Assembly (NCBI GenBank): GCA_016748015.1
Contig: JAAOMT010000303.1
Coordinates: forward strand, 372,001 to 436,000
Direction of reading: 5' to 3'
Source: Geosiphon pyriformis uo1
Taxonomy: Eukaryota; Fungi; Glomeromycota
Length of the DNA stretch: 64,000 bases
A program made the position numbers and the translations under genes. Below the pieces are notes generated by a model. That model was not told where the DNA came from. It worked only from the letters and a program-made list of their open reading frames with translations, and did no database searches. Below, piece after piece: positions 24,546 to 39,100 of this stretch. Every line of letters begins with the position of its first letter. Positions within the stretch are counted from its first letter, which is position 1.

Positions 24546-25265
24546 CTAAATAATATCTTTAATTTCATCTGGTAACATAACCTCCTCCTCAAGACTGAGC
24601 TTTGTCGAAGTCCAAGTACTGTCTGTAATTTCCAGATAGTAATCCAAAATTATTGAAAAAATTTGGTCTGAAAATTGTTGAAATTTCAGTTCTGTGAGCT
24701 TTTCAATGTATTGAATCTTCAAAGGTCATAAAATTGGGTTTTGTAGGACATTTTCACAGATGTGGAATAGGTCATAAAGTTTAAGAGCAGCTTTGAGCTT
24801 GTAGTAACTGTTTGTTGGTCCAGCTGTTGTCTTGAATTTGTTGTGGAATTGTTTCTGAATAACTTTTTTTGTGAGATTTGCTGTTGTAAGTTCCAGTTTC
24901 CATTTGTAGAGTGTTTTTCCAATGTAGAAATATCTATAGATTGGAGGATATTCAGTGTTTTCCTCATTGAGACACAGTTGAAGTCTTTGTTGAATTGTAG
25001 TATTTGGTGGAATACTAATTGGAGTGAGCATTAGGTTTTCTTTTAAAGCAAGCTTTAAAAGTTCTGGCAGGTGAACTCCAAAATAACTTCTTGTGTTCTT
25101 TTTATATGGGTGATATTTTTGTGAATTTGGGGCTAAATTTGTAACTACTTCTGTTTGAATATAATTAATGTGGTTTCCAGTAACAGTAATAGATAATTTG
25201 GGTATTGTTTTTAAAGCTAACATTAGTTTTTAGAATAATTGTTGAATGTTTTGAGGAATAGTTAT
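24546..25265 (-). pseudogene. A2 ORF3
   Basis: ORF 24726-25223 MLALKTIPKLSIT..., same frame continuing into the LTR. Confidence 0.85.
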
Positions 25266-25372
25266 TATAAGAGATTTGAAATAAAAGAAAATTATTTTTG
25301 GTGTATGGGTTTTTTATGTTATTTTTGTTTTGATTGTTTCTAAATTATAAGGGAATAACTAGTAAAATTAAA

Positions 25373-26758
25373 TTAAGTGTTTAGGTTGGAAGATTGTTCA
25401 ATGACAACTATTGGTTCTAAGTTTTGGGGAATATCTTTGGGATTGATTAAAGAGGAATGTGTACCAATTTGTGGAATTAATGGTTTAAGATTGTTTCTGA
25501 AATGATAGTGTTTCAAACGATCTCCATGTGCAACTTTTGCTAGGATTTTGTCATCAAGTCTTAGCTTGTATGATCCGTTGCCTAGGACTTCATGGATAAA
25601 GAATGGTCCATCTCATTTATTTTCAAATTTTCCACTCCATTGTTTTTCAGCTTTAGTTCTGTATAAGAGAACTTTGTTTTTGATTTTAAATTCATTGGTG
25701 ACTGGAGACAATTTGTTATCATGCCGTTTTTTTTGTTGAGCTTGGAAGTGTTCAATATGGGTGGCTGCTATTCGTTGTTTTTCTTCCAATATGCTAAGTA
25801 GAATGTAGGCTCTTCGCTGAAGCATTTCTTGGAAATTGTTTTCATTGATTGGTTGTGCTGGGCATGTTTCCACTGTGAAATTAATTGGTAATGTTGCTGT
25901 CCTTCTGTAAGTTAAATCAAATGGTGTGTGTTTTGTGGTATCTTGTTTTAGTGTTCTGTATGCTAGCAACATTGATGGAATAAAGCTATTCCACTCTTGT
26001 TCAAAATCAGTTGAGACTTTGGCTAATGACTCACACAATGTTCTGTTAAAACGTTCCACAAGTCCATTTGTTTGTGGATGGTAGGGCAAAGACAAAGGTC
26101 TTTTGACATTGAATCATTCGCAAATTTCTTGTATCAGGTTGTTCACAAAGTGTGTCTCCTGATTGGATAAAAGTTCAATTGGACATCCGTGTCTACAAAT
26201 GATGTCTTCGTAGATGAAATTTGCTACTGATTTTACATCTGCTCGTTGAATGGCTCTGGCTTCGGGCCATTTAGTAAGATAGTCTACAGCTACTGCAATA
26301 TAATGGTTTCCTTGAGTGGTGATAGATAGTGGTCCGACTAAATCAATACCAACTCGGTTAAAGAGTGGTCTAACTTTGATTGGATTTAATGATTCAGTAA
26401 GGCGTGTTCCTTCTTTTCTTTGACAATTATCACAAAATTTGACATATTCATAAATGTTTTTTCTCATTCGAGGCCAAAAGTAGTATTCTAGTGTTCTTTG
26501 GGTGGTGCCGTCTTTTCCAAAGTGTGCTGATGAAGGATTTGAGTGCATGTTGTATAATATGGTCTCTTTTTTCTGTTCTTGTATTAATCTGAGTGGTTTG
26601 TTTGGGTTTTTGAAATTTCGATAATAAATAATGTTGTTGTGTAGAAAATATTGTTTGGCTTGTTGTTGTAGTCAATGTTTTTCATTTGGAGACCAATCTG
26701 TTGGGATTGTTAATGTTTCTAAATATTGTTTGAGATTGTTGTAGTTTTCTGAATTCAT
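25373..26758 (-). pseudogene. A2 integrase ORF
   Basis: MHSNPSSAHFG...CDNCQR, GIDLVGP, YHPQTNGLVER. Confidence 0.92.
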
Positions 26759-26809
26759 TGTTTGTTGGCTTTTTTGGTTGGTTAAGTTGAGTGTTGGTTT
26801 TTGTGTTTT

Positions 26810-29800
26810 CTAATCTTGTCTCATTCTGGAGAGACAGTCAACATTGGTGTGGAGTTTTTCTGATTTGTGATGTACTATGTATTGATAATTTGCTAGAAAT
26901 CCTGTTCATTGGGTTTGTTTTGCATTCAGCTGAGTATTTTTGTTCTGAAGCCATTTGAGTCCAATATTATCAGTGATAATATCGAATTCTTTAGGCCTGA
27001 GATAAAAGTTGAAGTGGTGTAGAGCCCAAATTACAGCTGCTGTTTCTAGTTCTGTGGCAGGGTAGTTTTTCTCAGCTGGTTTTAATGTTCTGCTAGCATA
27101 AGCAATTACTTGCTCATTTCCATTGTCATTTAGTTGTGATAAGATGGCACCAAAAGCAGTATACAAAGCATCTGTAGCTAGTCGAAATTAGTTGCTGAAA
27201 TCCGGGTAGGTGAGGATTGGAGCTGTTGTCAGTTTTTCCTTGAGAATTCCAAAAGCTTTTTGGTGTTCAGTAGTCCATTTGTATTCAATGTTTTTGGTGG
27301 TGAGCTGGTTGAGGGGTTTTGCAATTTCCGAGAATCCTTTGATAAACTTCCGATAGTAAGATGCTAATCTTATGAATCCTCTTAGTTCTGTAGTGTTTTG
27401 AGGAGTTTTGAAGTTTTTGACAATGCTGATTTTTCCAAAGTCTGGTTTAATTCCATTTTTACTAATGATATGCCCAAGAAAAGCCAAGCTTGTTTTTCCA
27501 AAGTAGCATTTTTTGATGTTGAGTTTTAGTCCTGCTTTTCATAATTGTTGAAAAACTTCTCACAGGTGTTTTAAGTGTAATTCAAACGATGAAGAATAAA
27601 CATCTGTATCATCAAGATAAATGACTACTGACTTCCAAAGAAGTCTTTGGTACACAACATCCATTAATCTCTGAAACGTTGCTGGTGCATTGCATAATCC
27701 AAAAGGCATTACATTGAACTCGTAATTTCCACCTTGGGTGGTGAATGCCATCTTGGGGCAATCTTTGAGATCCATAGCAATTTGCCAATAACTGCTTTCT
27801 AAATCTAGTGTTGAAAAGTATTTGGATTTTCCAAGGGCATCTAACATGTCATCAATCCGGGAAAGGGGGTAGGCATCTCCAATTGTAACACTGTTGAGTT
27901 GTCGATAGTCAACACAAAATTGGATTTTTCCATTTTTTTTTTTAACTAGCACTACAGGTAAAGCCCAAGGACTCATGGAAGGTTGGATGAGCCCATTGTT
28001 AAGCATTCATTGTATTTTTTTTTGAATAAATTGGTGGCTTTTTGGAGCAACTTGATATGTTTGTTGTCTTCTTGGTTTGGCATCTTCTGTATAAATTTGG
28101 TGTTGAACAAATTGGTTCTTCCTAAGTCATTGTTGTTTTCAGCAAAGATATCGGCAAATTCTGCAATTAGCTCTTTGAGCTGGGTCTGTTGTTGTGGTTT
28201 AAGTTGTTCCATGTTGATTTGTGATAGTTTTTCCATGACAACATAGTAGTTTTTGGAGCTGGGGTTTGAGTTGATTTTTGGTAGTGAATGTCCAATAATT
28301 TCAGAGAAATCAGGAACTGTTTGGGGTAATTCTTGTTGAAATATATTACTGTGAATAACTCCAATTTCTAAATTATTTAATAAAATTATGGGGTAATTAT
28401 TGGGGTTGTAAAAAGTAACTCGAACTTTCTTTGTTCCTTCTGGAATATAAATGTTTGGGATTAAAATATTATGTTTCAAGCAGACTTGTTCATTGGACTC
28501 AAAAATTTGTTGTGTGGTTGTTAGCTTTGGGCAGGTGTAGATTTCTGGATGTTCTCCAAAGGGTGAGATGGTAATTGGTTGTGGAAATCTGAGAATCTGG
28601 TGGGATTAATTCTGTGTGTTAAGAGCTATATTAACTGGAACTGTGAATCGTCCAGTTGAACCAAAACCTTGGATTCCTTTATTGCTTTTTCCTAATTGTT
28701 TTCTTTGATTGACTAGTTGCAAACCCGAAATGTTGATTAGGGGTAGGTAAATAGCTTGGGCAATTTTTTCAGCATGTTTGATCTTGAATGGTTTGTTAGT
28801 TTCATATTGAAGCATCACTGTAATGTCTCCAGTATATCCAGCATCGATTATTCCTTCTTTGACATTGATTTCTTTGCTTACCAGAGAAGACCAAGAGGTG
28901 ATTTGAACCATTGCTCCTGGCAGGATTTCGAGTGCAATTTTAAGGTTGATTTTTGTGAGAAATTTGGATTTGAAAACAAGAATATCTTTGCCTGGATATC
29001 TTAGGTCATATCCAGCATCAATTTCATGTGCTTTTTCGGGTTTCATTCCTTGTTCATTGTTGTTGAAGTATTTAAGTTGTAAGGCAGGCTGATTTTCAAT
29101 AAGATAGATGGGTGTTGTTTCAATTTTTTCCATTGCTTCAGGTTCTCCAAATTCAATTTTGTTCTCATTATTTTCGCTGGGCAAGAGAATACTAAAAGCA
29201 TAGCATTCAGGACACCACTGTTCACAAGGCATAATGCATTTTTCACATAGCCTAATGTTCATTTGCTCTAATCATTGAATTTGAGCTTTTTGGGTTGGAT
29301 AGGTGTGATTTGCAATTTGGTGGTAGACTTCTACTTTGTCTTTATAATTGAATCCAGCTAATTTCATGGTATATTCAATGTATTTTGCTTCCTTCATTTG
29401 ATGAACATCTTCTTTGGTAGCTCTATTAATTAATACCATTGCTAGGTCGAAAATCATCTCGGCATCATGGGGGTAGTGATAAAGTTTGTTAAGAGCATTG
29501 TTGTATGCTGCATTAAAGGGTGTTCCTCTTTTTACTTTTTCTGAAATTGATAAAGCATATTGGCAGATCTGATCATAAACTCCTCCTCTCATGGCTACAT
29601 TAATCCAATTGCATTTTTCCAGTAGCATATCTCCACAAGTCAAACAAGAGGTATTGTCCCATTTTCCGCTCCTTTTTATTAGATGGCCCCATCATTCTCT
29701 GTGGCAAGCCTTGCAGTAATAACAAGTATGATTTTCATATTCTTTTTCAGATGAAATGCAGGCTCCCATTGACGATAGTTTCTTGTGACAGTCCTTACAT

Positions 29801-32424
29801 TTAAGGGGAATATAGGGGCATTGTTTCTTTGGTTCGAGTTTTGAGTAAGAGATATTCCATCCAAAGGTTTCGGGTTCAGAGTGTGGGGTAAAATGTTCTT
29901 GTTCTGTTTCATCAGCCCAGTTGGATGTTGATCCAAGAGCCATGAATGTTTCAATGAGAAGTTTTTTCTCTTCCAGTTCGAATTCAAAAGCCGGGGCTTT
30001 TTCAAAGCATTTGTTGAATGTACCACAAGTGGCAGGTACCCGGGCGTGTTGTCCTTGGTAGGAGATTGTTAACTCTTGTGTTTCTCAATTCAGATTAGCA
30101 TTGGCTTTTTGAAGCCAATCATTTCCGACAAGAGCTTGGTACTGGGGTGTGTCCATTACAAGAACTTTGACTGGAATGGTGATTCCATCAAGAGTGAACA
30201 GAAAATTGTCAATTTTTCTTACTGGGGTTTTTTTCATGCCATCGGCAGTAACAATTACTGTTTGAGCTGGTCGGTTGACATTTCTCTTTAACTGTTGCAT
30301 TAACTGGTAGATGATAATGCTTCCAGTAGATCCACTGTCTAGGATCAAGTGAATTGTCTTTCCTTCAACTTCTGCTTCAATGTACATAGCCGTGATTGCT
30401 TTTTGTTCATTGGCGGCTGTATTGCTAAGCAGGAATGATAACTCATTTGCTTTGAACTTAAAAGGGAATATATCTAAAAGGTTAGCATTTTCAGCAATTC
30501 TGGCTGGTGGGATTGTGGTGGGAGTATAGAAAGGATTTTGTTGTTGTGCTGCAGTTCTACTTTCTAAGGATGTAGTATGGTGAAAATCCTGTTCTTCTGG
30601 CATTGTTAAGTAACTGGGTTGAGTGTGGCAGTGGTTGGGTCTTGGTTGAGTGAAATTTTGGGGAATTAATTGGTTGTTCAAACTGATTCTATTGTTGTTT
30701 ACTTGGTATTGGTTTTGTGGTGTGAATTGATTTTGTGTAATCAGTCTTCGTGCAAGTACTTGATAATATTGTGTGGGTGGTTGTTGGTATTGCTGTTGGA
30801 TTGGCTGTGGGGTGGGCTGATAATAGTTATTTTGGTATTGGAGTCTTGGTGGATAGTAAGCTGGTGGTGGTAGTTGATAATAAGATTGCTTTGGTGGAGG
30901 GTAACGTTGATTACTCCTATTTTGTTGGTCTCGTTGTAGCTTTCTGCAATCTCTTTTCCAGTGGCCAGAGATTCCACAGTAATGGCAATTCTGAGGCTGG
31001 TTATTGAAAAGTGGTGCAAAGTTATTTTGATTTCGTCTTTGGGGTGGTTAATATCTTTGGAGTTGCTGTTGTTATTGATTGGTAAAATAGTTTTCAACTT
31101 TCTTTGTGAGTTGGTCGATTTTTTCCTCAGCTGCTGAGCTGGTTTCTCCAATTGCCAAATTTACAAGTTTTGTGCGATTGGCTTCTTTCATGGCCATTTC
31201 ATATCTTTTTGCATGCTGTATGGCAGAGTTTAAATCTTCTGGCACATGTGGGTGAATCTTTTTAATTAGTTTATCTTTTAGACCAGCGATAAATTGATCC
31301 AAGATTTGAGCATCAGAATAATAATTGTTTGTTTTGAGTTGGCAAATTCGTCTGAGAAGTTTGTTGAATTTTTCAATATAAGCCATAACAAATTCAGAGG
31401 GTTCTTGTTTGATATTTTGAAAACAATTGCAAAGGGTAATGGAGGTATTATTGTTGGTGAACTGTTCAAGGAAGGCTGCTTTGAAAGCATTCCAATCATT
31501 GAATGAGGCGGCCAAGTTTTCAAACCATTCTCTTGCTGTTCCTTTGAGAAAGTAGAGAATTATTCTTAATATTCTGGCAGCATTCTATCCATTTGCATCT
31601 CCAGCTTTAGTAACTTGGTCGAGCCATTCTTGGGGACTGGTCTTAATGTCTTCTCTATTAAATTCAGGGATTTTTGTGATGTATGTTGTCATTTCGTCTT
31701 CTTCATTTTCATTGTCTATTGATTCTTCTTCAGATATTTCAGGTTCATTTTCTTCGTTTGCTGCTGTCTCAGAGTGTTCACTTTGATTTTCAGCTAGAAA
31801 GTCAAGGAGATTGGAACTAGTTTGAAGAGGTTTTTGTTGTCTGGTGGAACTTCTGAGTGATGTAAAATCTTCTGGTCTTGCAAATCGATTCAAGAGTGAA
31901 TTAAGTGTTTGTGCTTGTGCAAGTGAAGCTGGAAAAGGTGTGATAGTAAGTAAAAGTTTTGAACTGGTTCCTTGTTCAGGTGTTTGTAAATGTTTGGCAG
32001 TTGTTTTTGGTAGTATTGGAGTATTTGGGATGGTTTTTGAGTATTGCTTTAATTTGTTTTTGTCTTTGTTGTTTGTTTCTGTTTCTGATTTAAAATCAAT
32101 AGAGTATTGAGACTGCACTGGATATGTTTCTTCACAGTATTTGATAATGTTAAAATTAAGTTTGTGAAAGTAAGTGGCAAGTGTTTCACTGTTAAGGTCT
32201 TCAGTTCCCAACTGTAAATAGTGTGCTAAATTATTGTAAAGGTTGCTTCTAACTTCTGAGATATTGTAATTTCCAAAAAGATAATTGTTGATGCAGTTTT
32301 CAATGTATTGGTATACTGATTTCTTGACAACTTCAATTCCGTCTGGAATGTTGAATCTTTGCTTGCAGTGGGTGTAAATTGATTGGTAATACTCTAGAGT
32401 TGTTGCATTTGGTGTGGTTGCCAC
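26810..32424 (-). pseudogene. A2 Gag-PR-Cys-rich-dUTPase-RT-RNase H
   Basis: LILDSG, dUTPase ORF 28606-29262 with GFGSTG, RT with MPFGLCNAPATFQR and YLDD, RNase H IAYASRTL...ELE. Confidence 0.94.
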
Positions 32425-33453
32425 TTTGAATTTTGTTGTTGCTGTGTTATTTCCATGGAAGAGCACCAAATATTACCGGAGGTTTTTGGTCTCCTTTCTT
32501 GAATGTTGTTGATGCCTATTTGCTGTGAATTCACGTTTTCAGGAAGTAGTTAGACCTCCAGTAACTGAATTTATCTTCAAATTATCTCCTATAATTTGAA
32601 CTTGCTGGGCTTATGAGTGGAATGGCCAATTCCGTGCCAGTTGCTTTATGTAGTTATATTGTAGTAAACGTCAACTCTTTTCCAAGAATTGCTTGTCTGG
32701 AAGCTCACTAAAAATGTGTAGTTACTTTGCTGTGAAAGTCAACTCTCCTACAGGAATCTTGTCTGTAGGCTACCCTAATGATTGTAATAAGAAAAGAAAA
32801 AAAAAATAAAAGAAATATAAAAGAAATAGGATTTTATCAAGGAAAATGTTTTTCTATCCAGGCCTGGAGTTACTAACAGTTTACTGAAATTGGTAGCTAA
32901 TTAATTTCGAAATGTTAGTTGGGTTTTGGGAATTTTTTAAGTACAATAATTAAAGAATTTGGTTTTTCAAATTATTTAATATTTATTTCTTTTTGTGTGT
33001 ATAGAAACAGTTTTTAAGAGATAAATCTAAAGTAAGATACATTTTCTCGAAGAAAGATGCTCTTCTTTTATACAACTTGTCATAACACTATTCTATGAAC
33101 TTGAACTTTGCTATTTTCTACAATTTCACTGAACTAAAGATACATTTCGGCAAACTACAAGTTATTTCTGCAAACTATTAGATATTTCGGTAAACTATCA
33201 ATTATTTTGGCGAATTTCTACAAATTTTGGTGATTTTTTTGAATGTTACATACTTTGGGGTATTGCATGATTGATTATCGCAATTAGGTTACATTTGTGT
33301 TGTGTACAAATTGGGTTATTAATTTAAATGATAATTTCAGATATTTTGCTAATGTAATAAGTGATAATTTGAAACGATAATATATGCTAATTAATGATAG
33401 GATTTATAAGATAATTTCATGCTAAATAATATCTTTAATTTTGTCTGGTAACA

Positions 33454-35113
33454 ATGGCCTATAGCTTTGATCGAAACTGTCAGGAAGATTCTCTTCAAGA
33501 TTCTTTCTGATAGAATTTCTTCTGCATGCAGCAAGTTTTGTGTTTTACAGGATGACAACTTTTTCATCTTAAAGGATATGTCTATCCAATCTCTTGTGTT
33601 TGCAGTTGGTTTGGTTGTCAAAGATGCTCTTAAGAAAAATCGTGAACTTTGGTTGGTTCTCCAAGACATGCACAAGGCCTATGATTTTGTGAGTTGGCAT
33701 CACTTGGAGGCTAGCTTGCGTTGAATCAAAATGTGTGATAGGTTCATTGGATTTTTTGGCAGCATACATGGTAATAGGATTAATAGAGTTATGACCAATT
33801 TCGGTTTTACTGATGGATGCAGAATGTGTGACGGATTGGATTAAGATGAGGTCTTTTCGCCTCTACTTTGGAAGATCTTCTACAATTCTCTTCTGTGCAA
33901 AGTCAAGAGACATAAACATTTATGTGGTTATTGAATTGACACTAAGTTGGTTGCAAGAACTGGTAGAATTGAGACTAGTGGTGAGTTATCTTCTTTCTTT
34001 GCTGCTGGTGTATTTGTGGATGATACAATTTGAGTTAGCAATTGTCAAACATTGATGCAATATACTCTGAATATTGCTAGTGAATTTTTTGTGATTAATG
34101 ACATTTCTATTAACAATGAAAAAACTGGCCATTTCCATTAATCAGGGTGTTAAGTCAGCTTTTTTGAACATAAGTGGTCAGCCAATTTCAATAGTCAGAA
34201 AGAGTGAAGCTCATAGATACTTGGGTATTTTTTTGTCTACCAAAGGGTTGTTTAAGCCAAGTGTGGCCAAAGCTCATTCTGATGTGCGCTTTTTTGTCAA
34301 TGTGGTACTAAAGAAGGCTATTACCAACAAGCAGTTCTCTTATTTGGTTTCAGCCGTTCTGCAGCCCATTGTTAGCTACAGGATTCAGTTTAGTTTTGTT
34401 TCATTGGGAGTTTGCCACAAATGGGATGCTATGATTTGAAAGGGTCTTAAGTCTAAGACACACTTGCCATGTGATTTTCCAGTAGAAGCAGTACATTACC
34501 CTTTATTATATGGCTTGAAGTTGTTTGAACAATTGCAGTCAGAGTGTAAATCAGTTGCCATGGTTTCATTTGCTAATGCTTCTGGCATTCTTGGACATTT
34601 GTTCAATTATAGATTTTTGGATTTGCAGATTCTGGGTTGGACTCTGATGAACCCTTTGCAGTTCCCTGTTAAGTTGTGTATCAGTTCTGTGAACAATTTT
34701 TTGGCTGGCATGGTCAAGATTTTTTTGGGTAATAAGCTGTCTTTAGCTAACAATTTGCTGAATGCTTTCCGCAGTCCTGGTGTGTTTTTTGTATCTTTTG
34801 TGTTGGGAAATAATCTTTACTTCAGTTCAGTTTGTTCATTGAAATGTTTTGGTGTTGCTTTTGGTAATAGACTGTTGGATAAAAATGGTTGGGTGATGGA
34901 GTGGAAGACCTTCCATCATTGGAAGAGGCTGGATCCGAAGGGCCCTGTCTTTTTATGGTTTGTGACTGTTACGAAATTTTTGTTGAATATGGACTCTTCG
35001 TTGGTTGTTTCTGTTGGGGCCAATCTTCTATCTGAGACAGATGTTCTGAATTCATTGGAGTTCTCTAATATACGGAGTGGGTTGCACAAAATTTGGTCTA
35101 GTTTGTTTGATGT
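33454..35113 (+). pseudogene. LINE ORF2 part 3: reverse transcriptase core and downstream region
   Basis: (R)PIALIETVRKI, LQDMHKAYD, FVDD at 34013-34024, RYLGI. Confidence 0.92.
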
Positions 35114-36172
35114 TGTTATCAGTAGAATTTTAGCTATTAATTAGCATGAAATTACTCTTATAATTCCTATAATTAATCAGTATATTAATATCATTTCAAA
35201 TTATCATTTATTATTTAATCAATTATCACATATCACGATTCAATTAAAATAATCTAATTAGTATAACAGAAAGTAAGATGATTAAATTACACAATACTCT
35301 GAACTTTGTAACATTCAAAAATTTGCCAAAATTTACAGAAATTTGCCAAAATTTATAAGAAATTCGCCAAAATTTACAGAAATTCGCCGAAATTATGAAT
35401 AGTTCACCCAAATTAATCAATAGTTCAGTGAAATAACTTGTAGTTCATCAAAATGTATCTTTAGTTTGCTGAAATTTGAGCAAAGAGAAAAAGTGCAAGT
35501 TCATAGACTAGTACTACAACAAGTTGTATAAAAAAAGAGCTTTTCTCTTCTGGAAAATGTATCTTACTTTAGATTTATCACTTAGAACCATTCTTACACA
35601 CACAAAAAGAAATAAATATCAAATAATTCGAAAAACCAAATTCTTTAATTATTGCACTTAAAAAATTCTCAAAACCCAACTAACGTTTTGAAATTGATTA
35701 GCTACCAATTTCAGTAAACTGTTAGTGACTCCAGGCCTGGATAGAAAACATTTCCCTTGATAAAATCTTATTTCTTTTACATTTCTTTTATTTTTATCTT
35801 TTCTTTTCTTATTATAATTATTAAGGTAGCCTACAAATAAGATTTTTGTAAAAGAGTTGACTTTCACAGCAAAGTAACTACACATTTTTAGTGAGCTTCT
35901 AAACGAGCAATTCCTGGGAAAGAGTTGATGTTTACTACAACATAACTACATAAAGTAACTGGCAAGGAATTGGCCATTCCACTTATAAGCCCAGCAGTTC
36001 AAATTATAGGAGATAATTTGAAGATAAATTCAGTTATTGGAAGTTCAACTACTTTTAGAAAACATGAATTTGCAACCAACAAACAGTTACAACATTTAAG
36101 AAAAGAGACCAAAAACCTCCGGTAACATTTGGTGCTTTCTCACAGAAATAACACAGCAACAACAAATTCAAA

Positions 36173-39100
36173 GTAGCAATCACACCAGACACAGCAACTC
36201 TAGAGTATTACCAGTCAATTTACACTTACTGCAAGCAAAGATTCAACATTCCAGACGGAATTGAAGTTGTCAAGAAATCAGTATATTAATACATTGAAAA
36301 CCACATCAACAATTATCTTTTTGGAAACTACAACATCTCAGAAGTTAGAAGCAACCTCTACAATAATTTAGTGCACTATTCACAATTGAAAACAGAAGAC
36401 CTGAATAGTGAAACACTTGCTACCTACTTTCAAGAACTTAATTTTAACATTATTGAGTATTGTGAAGAAAAATACCCAGTACAGTCTAAATACTCTTTTG
36501 ACTTTGAATCAGAGACAGAAACAAGCAACAAAGGCAAACAAAAATTGAAGCAATATTCAAGAACCACTCCAAACACTCCAACACTACAAAAGACATCTGC
36601 CAAACACTTGCAAACACCTAAACAAGGAACTAGTGTCAAATTACCACTTTCTATTACACTCTTTCCAATTTCACTTGTTCAACCACAAACACCAAATTTA
36701 CCACTCAACTGCTTCTCCAGACCAGAAGATTTTCAGTCACCTAGAAACCCTACTCAACAGCAGAAACCAATATCAACAAATGCCAATATCATTGATTACT
36801 TACAGGAAAACGAAAGTAATCATTCAAAAAGCTTGAAAAGTGAAGGAACTGAATCAGAACCAGAAGAAATTACAGAAAATGAAGAAGAAATGGCAACTGC
36901 TTACATTGCAAAAATCCCAGAATTCACTGGTGAAGACAATGATACCAGTCCTCAAGAATGGCTTGACAAGGTTCAAAAAGCAGGAGATGCAAATGGTTGG
37001 ATTGCAGCAAGAATGCTCAAAACAATTCCCTACTTTCTCCAAGGAACAGCAGAAGAATGGTTTGAAAACTTAGAAAAACCATTTGAAAACTGGTAAGCAT
37101 TCAAAGATGCTTTTCTACAACAATTCACTGATAACAATACCTTTATCACTTTCAGAAACTGCTTTTGCAATATCAAACAAGAAACATCTAAAACTGTTAT
37201 GACCTATCTTGGAAGATTTAACAAACTTCTCAGACAAATCCAACAATTGGAAACCAATGACTACTATTCTGATGCTCAAATTCTGGATCAGTTTATAGCA
37301 GGATTAAAAGACAAACTGATTAAGAAAATCTGTCCACATGCTCCAGCAGACTTAGCAACTGCTATTAGACATGCAAAAAGCTATAAAATGGCAATGGAAA
37401 AAGCAAATCACACCAAGCTTGTAAACCTTGCAATTGGAGAAACCAGCTCAGCAGCTGAAGAGAAAATAGACCAATTCACAAAAAAAGTTGAAAGCTACTT
37501 CACAAACCAACAACAACAGCAACAACAACCACAAAGATATCAACCCCCACAACGACACAACCAAAACAATTTTGGATCACCATCCAACAACCAATCTCAA
37601 AATTGTTATTATTGTGGAATTCCAGGACATTGGAAACGAGATTGTAGGAAATTACAAAAAGACCAACAAAACAGGAGTAATCAATATTACTCTTCACCAC
37701 AACAATCTTATTACCAATTTTCACCACCAACCTATTATTCACCAAGACCACAAAATCAAAACTACTATCCACCAGCTCCACAATCAATGCAGCAACAATA
37801 TCAGCAACCTTTACCAATTCAGCCATATCAGACACCACCCACTCAACAATATCAAGTACCAGCAAGAAAATTGGTTCAACATAACCAATTCATACCCCAA
37901 AATCAATTGCAGAATAACCACAACAGAATCAATCCAAATAACTAGTTGGTTCTCCGAAATTCGGATCAGCAAAGACCCAATCACTATCACACTCAACCCA
38001 GTTATCTTACAATACCAAAGGAATTGGATTTTCAACAAACTGCACTTTCTGAAGGTAAAGTTGCAACACCAAGATCAAACCCTTCCAACCACACCATTCC
38101 ACCAGCTCAAATTGCCCAAAATGCCAATTTTTCAGACATATTTCCATTTGAATTTGAAGCAAATGAATCACTATTTCTGCTTAGTAATACAGCAGTCAAT
38201 GAACAGAAAGTAATTACTGCTATGTATACAAAAGCTACAGTAGAAGAAAAACCCATTCGCTTAATCTTAGATAGTGGATTGGCTGGAAGTATCATCACTT
38301 ACCAGCTAATGCAACAACTCAAACAAAATGTAGACAGACCAGCTCAAACAGTTATTGTCATAGCTGATGGTATAAAGAAAACTCCAGTAGGAGAAATTGA
38401 TGATTTCCCTTTTTCAATTGATAAAATCACCATTCCAGTTAAAGTTCTTGTTATGGATGCACCCCAATACCAAGCTCTAGTCAGAAATGATTGGCTTCTC
38501 AAGGCCAATGCAAACCTAAACTGGGAAACTCAAGAACTTAAAATCTTATACCAAGGACAATATACTATAGTACCTGCAATCTGTAGTACCTTTAACAAAC
38601 AATCAGAAAAAGCTCCAGTATTTGAATTTGAAGAGGAGAAAAAAATGCCACTTACTGAAACCTACATGGCTCTTGGATTAACATCCAATTGGACTGAAGA
38701 AACAGAACAAAAGATTTTTGAAGAATCAAGGGGATGGAAGAAAGTTAGATATTCTACACCAGAACCACGGAAACAACCACCCTATATTCCACTCAAATGC
38801 AAAGATTGCAACAAAAAACTTTCATCAATGGGAGCATGTATTTCTCCAGAAGAGGAATATGAAACTCGTACCTGTTACTTTTGCAAAGCATGCCATAGAG
38901 AACGATTTGAATCTCCAAAAAAAAGTGGAAAATGGGACAACACACCTTGTCTTACATGTGGAGAAATGCTACCAGAAGAATGCAATTGGATTGATGTAGC
39001 AATGAAAGGAGGAGTATGTGATCAAACCTGTCAATATGCTCTATCAATTTCGGAAAAAGTCAGAAGAGGAACACCATTTGATGCAGTATACAACAGTGCT

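Larger units (their letters stand above)
23596..33453 (-). mobile_element. Gypsy family A, copy A2
   Basis: LTRs at 23596-24577 and 32471-33453. TSD ACGG/ATGG (one CpG transition). Near-identical inverted copy of A1. Confidence 0.97.
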
